This document shows positions 36,360 to 53,200 of a stretch of DNA of 64,000 nucleotides, piece after piece. Each line of letters starts with the position of its first letter. The stretch's first letter is position 1. The stretch is from Lama guanicoe. Lineage: Eukaryota. Position numbers and translations under genes: made by a program. The stretch spans positions 4,551,770-4,615,769 of the forward strand of contig MU054466.1 in NCBI GenBank assembly GCA_013239625.1, written 5' to 3'. The notes under the pieces are model-generated. The model was given only the letters and a program-made list of their open reading frames with translations. It had not been told where the DNA came from and ran no database searches.

Positions 36360-37990
36360 GTGTCCAAAGCCGCCTGAGGCGGAGAAAGGCCCCGAGACCC
36401 AAGTCCCTCCCGCGGGCTTCCTGCGTCCGGGGATTAGGAGGCACAAAGAGCCGGCAGGGAGAGGGCCCAGATGGCAGAAGCAGGGGCTAAGCCGCCGACG
36501 TAACGCGCTCCCGCCCCGGCTAGCGGAGAGAGGTCCACCGGAGACGTGCGGGGCCGGCCTCTCCGGCCAGGCGCCTTGCACGTGGAGCTCGAGGCCCGGG
36601 GACCCCGTCTCCGCCTGCAGTGACCCCCGCACCCAGACGGGAGGAGCACCTGTTTCCCTGTTCCTCAAAGCCAACGCTTTTGTGCAAACTCGAAACCTGA
36701 ATTCTGTAATCGCGGGCGGATCAGGCACAGAAAAGTTCCCAGCGGCACTTTCTACAGGTGTCCTTCTCCCAGACGAGCGGAACGACGGGATCCGGGGCGA
36801 GGCGAGCGGACCTGGGCGCAGCCCTCCTCGCCCGGTAGGGCCCGAGGAAGCCAGGGGTCCCGGCCCTCCCCCTCCTCCCCGCCCCGAGTGGCGGGCACCC
36901 CGAGGGTGCGGGCCTGGCTATGAGGGTCCGGGCCCGCGCCTCACCTGGAACCCCAGGCTGGCCCCCACCCGAGGCCTCCACGTCCCTCGGAGTCCGCCGC
37001 CGGCTCCGCTCACTCTGCGGCGGGCCCACAGGCTGCTGGGCGGCCGTCTCCTTCCTGCTCACCTCAGGCGCGGCGAGCAGAGGGCGGAGCCTCTATTTAC
37101 ATAAAGGGCGAGAGCCCGGCCCCCAGGGCCCCGCCCCCCACGAACCTCGTCCCGCCCCTGGTCGTCCTGCGCCGTCGAGGTGGGGGCGCAGCCGGGAGCC
37201 TCGCGGGGCGGGAGACGCGCTCGGGCCAATCCGTGGCTCCAGGGAGCGAGGGGGCGGGACTCTGCCCTGCTTGAATATGCACGAGGTGCCGCCTGCCCGC
37301 CCCCAGCCTCACCTGCGCGCACCTGGCCGCAGAACGGCACGCCGCGCCCAGTGTCCCGCCGCCTCCCGGAGGAGGAAATAGTTCCCGGAACTCGTGGCGG
37401 CCCCAGGCCACCTCCCAGGTCCGACTGCAGAGGGGAGCGGTTCCTCCCACAACTCTGTCCCGCGCTCCGCAGAGGGAGGGGCAGAGCCAGGCTGGCTCTT
37501 CCTGAAAGCGCCCAACCCGATCAGAGAGGGTAACCAGCGGACACAGGGCCAAGTTTCGGGCCCAAGAGCCAGGTGGCTTGGGGAGAAGGGCGTCGCTGAG
37601 AGGCACCTCCTCTCGGGGCGGGCCCCAAGCCTAGACCTTCCTCCGAGTCCCTGCCGCCGGAGGCCCCGAGGGACAGCAACAGCGACAGGAGTTTTTAGCA
37701 CAACGAGGGAGGGGATTGGAACGACGACGCGGGAGCAGACGGGGCGCGGACGCTCGGCCCGAGGCCCTGGGGGCAATGGCGCGCCCCACTGCACAGCTCG
37801 AAACAACTAGGGTTCAAGCCACACTGACAAAGCGCTTCTCCGCCGCCCTTTTACCCGGACCCGGCTGCATACACGGAAAGACCAAAGGAGTGCCAACTTC
37901 CTTCCTCGGACTACCCTTTTGAAAGCAAAGCTAACTAGAGGTCTGTTACTTCCCTGAGAAAGGCGCCGGGGTCGCGTTCCTGCCGTGCTG
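36360..37990 (-). promoter_or_regulatory. LLGL2: LLGL2 CpG-island promoter
   Basis: High CpG density; TATA-like/forkhead TGTAAATA on minus at 37094-37101; CCAAT at 37226; GC boxes; several CACCTG E-boxes. Confidence 0.8.
36945..37065 (-). other. LLGL2: LLGL2 non-coding exon 1 (5' end approximate)
   Basis: Donor TTCCAG|GTGAGG at 36945/36944; sequence resembles the recalled human LLGL2 5' UTR (GCAGGAAGGAGACGGCCGCCCAGCAGCC...GGGGTTCCAG); lies in a CpG island. Confidence 0.75.
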
Positions 37991-38145
37991 CGGGCGGGCT
38001 GCTCTTAGCTCTTGCACAGAGAAGGCGCTCTTTGTGGGTGGGCAAAGCAGGGGTGAGGGCCTGGGGGCCAGTTCCACGGACAATGGTATGGCGGGGTGTT
38101 GTAATCGTCCAGTATATCCAGTTACAGCAGAAAAGGGGTCTAATT

Positions 38146-38151
38146 TTTAAT
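38146..38151 (-). terminator. TSEN54: Probable TSEN54 polyadenylation signal (ATTAAA)
   Basis: tttaat on + about 340 nt past the stop codon; no AATAAA seen in the interval. Confidence 0.55.
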
Positions 38152-38488
38152 GGCTTTGGCTTTATCACATTAAGCAGGCACCCTCTCATTTAAAGGCACA
38201 GAGTCCTCTCTTCTGCCCCACCTCCCTGGGTCTCTGAAATCTAATCCTGAGTTCCCAGAGGATCACTGCAAGGCAGCAATCTCTTGGAAGCTTGGATGCA
38301 TTGCAATAGCCAGGTACAGGGGCAAGGCTCCACTCTCCTGCAAGCATCAGATACCCAGGGCCAAGGCCCAGACTAGCCCCTAAAGTGACAGGTCAGAGTC
38401 TGGGTGTAGGAGGCAACTGAGGTAGTCCCTGAGAGTAGACAGTCCAGGTCCCCCAGAGCAGACCCCAGGCCCTGCCAGGGCTGCGTGG

Positions 38489-44410
<5,922 letters not shown>

Positions 44411-45459
44411 TGGGCCGCCGTCTGCGGCTGCGCGCGCGCCGCCCAAGCCCCGCCCACTGCCGGAACTCCGCACGGCCCTAAAGCCTGTGGATCCGACTTC
44501 TACGATTGCAGTCTCCGGAACAACCCACCTGTGCTTTCCACCCTCCTGAGTGTCCTGAATCCTAGCGCCTGCTAATGTGCCTCGATTCTGGGGGCGGAGA
44601 GCTTGCAGGTTTTTGGATTTGTAGGAGCTCCCCTCCCCTATCCCCAGCCCTCCTCTGGGCTCCTCTCTAGTAAAACTTGAAAAGCCCGGCGTTTGAAGTT
44701 AAGTATGAAGAGTCAAATGCGTGACCCTGCCTTCCGCAGCCCTGGGCTGCTTAGTGCCTACCACCCAGCTGGACAGGGAGGGAAGAAGAGGGGATTTAGA
44801 GAAGGGAGAGCATTGGACTCCCAAATTCTAGCTTCGCCAACTGAAGGCCACTGAGGGCTATCAGGTGCGGTCTAGGGAGGTTCGGACTTCTTTCAGGGTC
44901 TTCCGTTGAGTCCCTTTCTAAAGGCTCGGAAGCTGGGTTTCTAGGGCCGGGGATGGGGGGCGGGAGGCGCTGTCCGACCCACGATGGTGCTGAAGCGCCA
45001 CCCCAGCCCGTCATTAGCACCTCCTCGAGGCTGGGGTCCCCACAGCCGCCACCGTGGACTTTTCCAACAAGGTCCGGTAGGTGGCACCATTACTCCGACT
45101 AGTGGCTTTTGGTATGCGACTCTGGCCGCGGGCGGAGGTCGCCGCAGGAATCTCGGGAGGGGCGAGGAGCAAAGAGGAAGAGAGGTTTCCCAAGTGGGAG
45201 TCCCAGGTCTCGGTTCCCAGATCCCTTCACATCATGTCTTCTCTCCTACACAGTCACAAACAGGGTGTCTTATCCTTCGTTCTGAACTCTAGAGCCCCAG
45301 GTCGTGCCGGCTCCACAACCCGGACGCAGTGGCGCCCACTCTCGCTCCCACCCGCGACGCTTCACCTGGGCGCATGCGCAGACTGGGCCAGCATCCTGGG
45401 TCTGGACCGGGGCGATGGAGGCGGGGCCTGGCGCGGATCGGGGCGGGGCCGCAGGCACT

Positions 45460-45673
45460 GACTGACAGTCCGACTGCGCGGCCGGGACGGTCCCTCCGCT
45501 CCCGATCCGGCGGGAGGGAGGGGGGAGGGGCGGGATTTCCTGCGGGAGGCGCCGAGCCGGCCTCGGAAAAGGAGGAGGAGGAGAAAAGGGCCAAGAGGGG
45601 CAGTGGGAGCCACCGTCCAAGTGCCAGGGACCAAGCAGGACCATCTGGACCCCTGGCGGGGCGGCTGGGAGAG
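45460..45673 (+). other. CASKIN2: Probable CASKIN2 non-coding exon 1 (a second candidate first-exon donor lies at 46120)
   Basis: Follows the GC-box/NRF1 cluster; donor GAG|GTGAGA at 45673; alternative CCT|GTAAGT at 46120; acceptor TTTTCCAG at 46868 opens exon 2. Confidence 0.55.
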
Positions 45674-47273
45674 GTGAGACTGCGGGGCCTGAGTTGGGGG
45701 TCAGCACCCTTGAGGGCAGGCACAAACTAACTTTTCTTGCGGGTTCGGCGGGCTCCTTCATCTGTTGGCTTCTTCTGTCCTCCTCGCGCCCCTATTCCGT
45801 CCTCCCGCATCAATCCCTCCGGCGCTTGGCCCTCCCGGTCCCTCCTGCTGCTTTGTTCCCGGGTCGGCCTGGGTTGGGCTGGATTGGGGGGTTGCGCGGC
45901 GCTGGACTGGCATTCCAGGGGGCGGGGGAGCCAGCCCGACCCCAGGCACTGCCAGGGGCGCCCTCCCCCAGTGGCTGCCTTGGGCCTTGATCTGGAGTGC
46001 CATCTGGGTTGGGCTTGGGACGTTTTGGGAGTAAGGGGACCCCAGCCAGGGCCCCAGGCCTGCATGGCTCTCATGCCACAGGACTCGGGCAACAAATTCG
46101 CCGCCACTGAGGAACTGCCTGTAAGTTTCCTAAAGTGAAGCCGGGGCTCTGGGCCTCAGATTCAAGCTTGGGGAGCCAGGCAGCCCCTTTTACCAGTAAT
46201 GCCCCAGCTCTTGTCTCTCTTCTCTGCCCACCTGCTTCCCCATCTTGCACAAGGGGTGAGGATGGGTTAGCAACAGGTGCTGTAAAGCCTCCCTGTCCTG
46301 CCAGCAGAGCTGCCGCCAGAGATGGGGGGCTGTAGCTCCCCACTCCACCCTCTGAATTCATAAAGAGCCCTGGGGCTAGGGCATCCAGATATTAGAGCAA
46401 AGCTTAGATAGGGAGGAGCCTGGGGGCAGGCACCTTCCACAGGGAGTGAGCCCTGCCCATCTGCCTGTGCTTGACCCTCCCAGGCCCCACCTTCTGGCCC
46501 ACCAGTTGTCGGTGGGTGTCAGAGCCTCGGGCTGTGGAGAACAGGCTACTGGCCCCGCCTGCCCCAGTGTGTCCTGCTGCCAGGGCCCCTCCTGCCCCAG
46601 GTTGAGGTGCTGCCAGGTGCCCCGGGGCCTCGGTGACTCAGCCTCCCCCTCCCAGAACACCACCTCCCCCACTCCAAATACTCCTCTCATGCATGGTGGT
46701 TCCCTCCCCTCTATGAGTGGCTCAGCGCCTCCCTTGACTCAGAACGGCAGCTGGGGTGATTTGGGGGCTCCCTGGAGGCCCTGCTCTGTTCGTTCTCTGA
46801 GCCCTGCTTCTGGGACCTTTCCAGGCTCTGGCACAGTCTTCAGCATACCTTCAGTTGACCTTTTCCAGATTCCTGAGACCTGTCCACCACTGCTGCCTGA
46901 GGCCCAAGGGAATGCTGGCTGCTCTCCGGGTGGGCACTGGTGCTTCAGAGCCACATTGGGAAGATTGGTATACCCAGTCCCGGCCCATCCCAGGGCTGTC
47001 AGAAGCTGCAAGCTGATATCCGTCCAGATTTCCACACAGCCTCCACCCCCTCAGAGATCAGCTTTCTGGCTTGTGGCAGCAGCTCACGAAGCACCTTGAA
47101 GGAGTACTTGTCAGCACCTAAAAGGAAATCCACTGCCTGGGAAACCAGACACGCTTCCCCTGGATGCCTGGCCCTCCAAAGGGCCAAGGGATGGCATCCT
47201 GACGCCTCAGCTTAGACCAGTTTCCCGCCTCTACCCTGGATTCCTGAGCCCACAGCCTAGCCCAGGGACCAGG

Positions 47274-50200
47274 ATGGGTCGCGAACAGGACCTGATCCTC
47301 GCTGTCAAGAATGGAGATGTGACTGGTGTGCAGAAATTGGTTGCCAAAGTCAAGGCGGCAAAGACAAGTGAGTACTTGGTGGGGTGACTGTCCAGCTGAG
47401 ACTTCCCTGATTGCCAGGATATAGAGAGGTCTGGGACAGGGGTCACTCTGATCTGGAGACTTGGGGTGGGAAGACTGCCTTTTTTCTGTATAAGGCATGT
47501 CTCTATGTGGGAGAGCCAGAGAAGAAGTTGGGTCTCCTTGCTGTGTCTCCTTAGGCAAATCACTTAACTTCTCTGGGCTTCAGTTTCCCCACCTATAAAG
47601 TCAAAAGACTGAAGAACATTCATTCAAATTTTTTTGAGTGTCTATTGTGTGCCAGTCTTGGTTCTAAGCACTGAGCCACAGCAATCAACAAAACAAACCG
47701 AAATTCCTGCCCTCATGGAGTTGTCTCTAGCAGGTGGTTTTTCCAGTGTGTTCTTTGGAGCTAGGGGATTTTTGGCAATGGGTGGGGAAAGACTGAATAC
47801 GTAGAGCTTCATCCCCATCCCCACCTCCCAATTCAACCAGCACATCTCTGCTCTTTTGTCAGCTTAATGCAGGTATCTGTAAGATTTCTTTTAAAAGAGA
47901 ATTCTGCTTAAAACAAAGTTCAACATTATCCAGCCACTTACTAAAAGCCCCCTTTCCCCCTGACTTATCTGCCTTTGTCCCCTGGAGGGGTGTGGCCAGA
48001 GTTAACTTTCTGAAGGTTTCTCCACAGCCTCAGGTCACTAGTCTTGACAGAGTTGTGGGGGCTTCGTGCCCAGGTGGCCAAACCTGAGCCCCATCTCTTG
48101 AGTACCTCTGCAGTGAGACCTCCCCCCAGGAGAGTGGACCTCTGGGCTTCAGGCAAGCTCTCTGGACTGTCCCAAGAGGACAGTGAACTTGTCCTCTTGA
48201 GTTCCTAGACCAGCAGGGGCAGATGGCTCCTGCCACCAAACGGGCTGGAGGAGAGCGAGTCCTTCCAGAGTGCTGGGGTTCTAGACCCAAGACAGACCTT
48301 GGCCTTTTGCACAGGAAGGAGTCCCCCAGGCTACCTGAAGACATCTAATTATCCCCACTCACACCTGGGAGTATGAGGAGCCAGAAGGAAGAATTTTAAG
48401 GGCCTGGGAGTTGTGCCCATGTGTACCCACTTGCACAGCAGGGCAGGACACCCAGGGTATAATGAGATGGAGCTGTAGGGGGTGCTCTCTGTGCCCTGGG
48501 GAAATGGGTGCAGGGTGAGCTTGTTTGGGGAAAGGTGCCAAGCGGGGTCCAGGAGGGCCCTAGAGGCTCAAGAGTAGGAACCACTACCCCTCCTCCCCTC
48601 ACCTCTGTGTTGTTTTTGGCAACCTGCCAGTGGAGGCTTGGTTGAGCTGCTTCTGGCCTCAAGGCCTTGGGGCCTCAGAGTGAGGCCCTCAGGAGGGCAA
48701 GCGATTGGGGTCTCGAGGCTGGTGGCAGGAACCTTGCAGCCAGGCTCCTAGGCTCCAGAAAGGTCCCCTGTGCCCAAGGGGGAAATGTCTGTGGTGAAGA
48801 GGACCCTTACCCCAGCCCCCAGGGGATTTGCACAGAGTAGAGGCACAGGCACAGAGTGATAGGGTCCTGGGACTCCTTGTGAGGTCCTGGCACTGTGTCT
48901 CCCCAGTCCTCTGAGAAGCTGGGAAAGTTGGTGGCAAAAAGGAGATCACAAGGTGACATTTGCAGCCCCTTCAGTTTATGAAATATTGTAATCCCTTCAA
49001 TTCCCTGTGAGATGGATATTTCTACATACACTTTACAGATAAGGGAACTGACTCTCAGAGAGGGTTAGTGTCTTGCCCAAGATCACACAGCCATTGTGGG
49101 GCAGATCAAAGACAACCCCATGTCCTCTGCCCTGTGCTCCCATACTGGGCTGCCCATCAGAATTACCTAGGGCTTGTTCTGAAAGTGCAGGCTCCCTGGT
49201 CTCCCGTAGAATTATAGAATCATCACAGAAAGTTCTTCTGGTGATTCTAAAGTAGTTCTCAGAATACTCTGGCTCCATACTCAGAAAGGCAAAGGAAACT
49301 GCCGGAAGGGAGGTGTCAGGGCTCCCCTCTTCCCCTCTGGGTGGTGGCTAGAGCTTTCTGGGTGTCCAAAGAGAGGTGCTCCCTCAACCTACTCCATCTG
49401 ATATCTGGTCACAGGGGGCCAGCTTTCCCTGCCTACCTAGGTCTTCTTCAGGAAGCAGGTGGCTGGGAGGAGAGGGGTACAGTTGCCCTGGCCTTGCCTC
49501 TGCCCTCCCTCCCTCCCCTACTCCCTTTTCTGAGCCTTCTCCTTCTCTGGCCAGAGGAAATGGAGTGGACTGGGGGTGGCCCGCTGAGCTCACATCCTCT
49601 GCCCCAGCCTAAATCAGGAGCGACCCTTCCACCCCCAGAGCCAGGCCTGGAAAGAAAGTCGAGCTGCAAAGGAAGTGCCTGGAGCCACTGCCAGGAACCA
49701 GGACCCTCCACCCTCCCAAGGTCTCCAGCTCAGTCATTCGGAGCCTCTCCCCAACTGCCTTTCCGGCCATTGTTCTGGAAAGAACAGAGCCACCCAGCCC
49801 CTGTTCCTGTCCCTCCTGTCACGTTGTCCTGCCACTCCTTTGAGGGGCCGCATCTCACCATCAAGCTGCCCCATCCCAGACTGTCCCAGCAGGTGGAAGG
49901 ACTTTCTGTGTCTCTTCCCTATTTGACCTTGTTGTCTTCCCTGAGGCTCAGAAAGGTACCATGGCTGGCCAAGGTCACACAGCCAATAAGAGGGAGAAGA
50001 ATTTGAACCACGCACTTCCTGCTTCTAGGGCCCCAGTTCTTTCCACTGCCCTGAATGGTTCTGTGTGACAAGCACTTTCCAAGGGGGGCTCCAGGAAAGC
50101 TGGGAGGCCTGTGTTTCTTTCCCGCGGCCCCCACCCCCTCACCTCTTCCATCACTCCTTGGCTCTGTGTTTTCCTTTTTGATGTAGTGTCATTCGGCTCA

Positions 50201-53200
50201 GCCCTAAATGTAGCTGTCCCCTCTCTCCCCATCCTAGGCTCCTCACTGCAGGGTTGTTCCCTCCCTATTGGAATGAGGCCCTGTCTTGCTGGGGTATTCA
50301 GGGGCCCACGAGGGCCTGGGGGGCAGGCCTGGACCAGCATGCTTGGCACCCTGCCCAGCCGGGTTGAGCCAGGCCTCCTCCTTCCCAGCAGGGGTGGGTT
50401 CCAGTAGGAGGCAGGGGCCGCCAGTGATAGGCATTCTCCTTCCCCTCCCCAGCACTCATCAAGGGCCGCCCCCTCCCGTTCCCTGGCTCACGCATGGAGC
50501 ACACCTGCATGAATCCTGTCCCTGCCCCCGAGAGGGGTATGAACCAGCATCCTACCCATGCTCCTGGCTTTTCTTGCCACCACTCATTAAAGAGCCCCCT
50601 GCCCCAGGGTGTGGACCTCTCTGCTAGGAGCCTATGGGTGCAGAGTCAGCAGTTACTCCCCTGACAGGGGCCAGTGGGAGGGTCTGTACCAGCTTTTGCT
50701 GGAGGCCAGCATCTTGGTGGTAATGGCTGGTGTGTAAGCGTGGATATCTCCCATCTTTTGCGTGCTGACGAGGGTCAGGCATTGTGTACACACCCCTGTG
50801 AGCAGGTTCTGGGATCAGCCCATTTTACAGATGAGCACGGAACCTAAGAGGTTAATTGACTTGCCCAGGAACACACACCTATTACATGGCAGAGCCCAGG
50901 CACGGTGGAGGTCTGTGTGATGCCACCTTCCCCACCAGGCTCCCACTCAGGGATGCCCCAGGGCCAGGCAGTGTACCTTTCAGTCCAGCCCTGGCACTTG
51001 CCCTCTACTCTAGGGCATCTCGTCCCCCCTCCTTTCTCTCCCAGCCCACTCGTGTCCCAGCCCCCGTGGGACAATGAGACTTGCTCCTTGGCCCTTCAGG
51101 CAGGAATGCTAACCATGTGCTCGTGGGCCTGTCCATAGAGGGCACGGCATGCCAGTCCCCCCCCATCTCCGCCCCCTTTGACTCTATAAACAAGCGGGGC
51201 TGGGGGCCTGGGGAAGCCAGGCCACTACTGCAGCAGCTCCCTGCACTTGGTACCCTGGAGCAGCTGGGCCACGGTCGAGAGCCCTGGGGACAGGCCGGCT
51301 AAAGGGCCATGGGGCAGGTGCTTTTCTGCACTCCAAGAGGTCAGCTGGAGTTGGGAGGTGGGTGGGGAGGGTGCACTGGGTTAGGTTTGGGTAAGGGTGG
51401 ATCATTCGAGGGTGCCCTGATGCCTCCCGCTCTGACCCCCAGAGCTCCTTGGCTCCACGAAGAGACTCAATGTCAACTACCAGGATGCTGATGGGTGAGT
51501 GGGAGCTCTTGTCCCTCTAGAGAGAGCGGTGGGGTGGGGGCAGGGAGGGGAAAGACCCGGGGCCTAGAGTCCCTTCCCCTCTCAAACTTGGCCCTTGAAG
51601 TGTGTTTGTGGATAGCTCTGGGCCCTGCCCACCCACCTGCCCATGGAGCTCTCCCTTCGTAAGGGGAGTGGGCTCTGGTGCCTCTATGAGGGGCCTCCTT
51701 GGGTCAGATTCCTGCTGGGCCCCCTTTTCTCCCTGGAGGGTAGGAGCCCTCAGGCTCCTGCTCCCCAGCCCCCTCCCCTGGGCCGGCTGTGGGGGAGGCC
51801 AGACAAACAGGCCTCTCAGCCCAGACACTGAGCCCTTTCATGCTGCAGCCCGGCTGCTCTGCGCTCCCACGGCAGGGCTGGCAGAGTGGGGGTACAGGGC
51901 ACAGTGGGCAAGTAGCTCATCCCTGCCAGCCCCCAGGATGGGTCTGCTTTGGAAGACCAAGATCTGGGGGGTAGGGGCCGCACACCAAGACCCCCCTACC
52001 TTATATCCAGATTCTCTGCTCTCCACCACGCCGCCCTGGGGGGTAGCCTGGAGCTCATAGCCCTGCTGCTGGAGGCTCAGGCCACCGTTGACATCAAGGA
52101 CAGCAATGGTGAGGCCCCAGGGCACCCCCTACCCAGGTGGTCAGAGTTTGCCCCTGCTACATCGTTACAGTGCTCATAGATGTTGGCATAGCTTCTCTGA
52201 GCTTGCAAATGCTTTACCGCTTCAGTCTTCACAGCCTCTGGGGTAGTGGGTGGTACTGACATCCCATTATCCAGATGAGGAGGTTGAGGTTACATCACCG
52301 TCATGAGGTCACCAGATCATTTGTGGCAGGCTCGGTGGGATTCTGGCTTCAGCCTCATACAGCCAGACCTCTCCCTGACCAAACCCCGGTGAAGCCAGCA
52401 TTGTTGGGTCTGTCTCCCCTCCAGCTGGGGTGGCTCCAGACTGCTCAGTTCCCTCCCCTGACCCCACGCCATCCTGGGACCTCCCTCAGAACCCCTTCCC
52501 CGCTGCAGGCATGCGCCCGCTGCACTATGCGGCCTGGCAGGGCCGGCTGGAACCCGTGAGGCTGCTACTGCGGGCCTCTGCGGCCGTGAACGCTGCCTCA
52601 CTGGATGGACAGATCCCTCTGCACCTGGCTGCCCAGTATGGACACTATGAAGTGGTATGTGCACCTGCCTGCCTACAGGGGCGCTGAGATGGGGACAGGG
52701 GCTTGTGCAGGGGGCTGGCCAGGCCAGACCCCTCACTCGGCTGCCCCCACCCAGTCAGAAATGCTCCTCCAGCATCAGTCCAACCCGTGCTTGGTCAACA
52801 AGGCCAAGAAGACGCCCTTGGACCTGGCCTGCGAATTTGGACGGCTAAAGGTGAGGCCTGCTGCCCTTGTGATACTGGGGTCTGGGCTTTTGTGGGGTCT
52901 TAGGAGGATGCCTTGCCTGAGTGCCAGTTGCCACAGGTGGCCCAGCTGTTACTGAACAGCCACTTATGCGTGGCGCTGCTGGAAGGGGAGGCCAAGGACC
53001 CATGTGACCCCAACTATACCACACCCCTGCACTTGGCTGCCAAGAATGGCCACAGAGAGGTCATCAGGTACCCACCGGGGCCCCCCCCACTTCCTCATCC
53101 TCTTCCTGTGGGACTGGTGGTGTCCCTTCAGTGCCCTGCCCTTCTGCCCTCTTCACCCTTGCTCTGGATCACTCTCCCGGCCCCCAGCAATTGGCTTCCT

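Noticed and set aside
49341-50006. 221-aa ORF in CASKIN2 intron 2 and similar long intronic ORFs (e.g. 46446..47099, 31609..32241)
   Set aside because: Non-ATG or weak starts, no recognisable domains, and some run into MIR sequence; expected at this GC content
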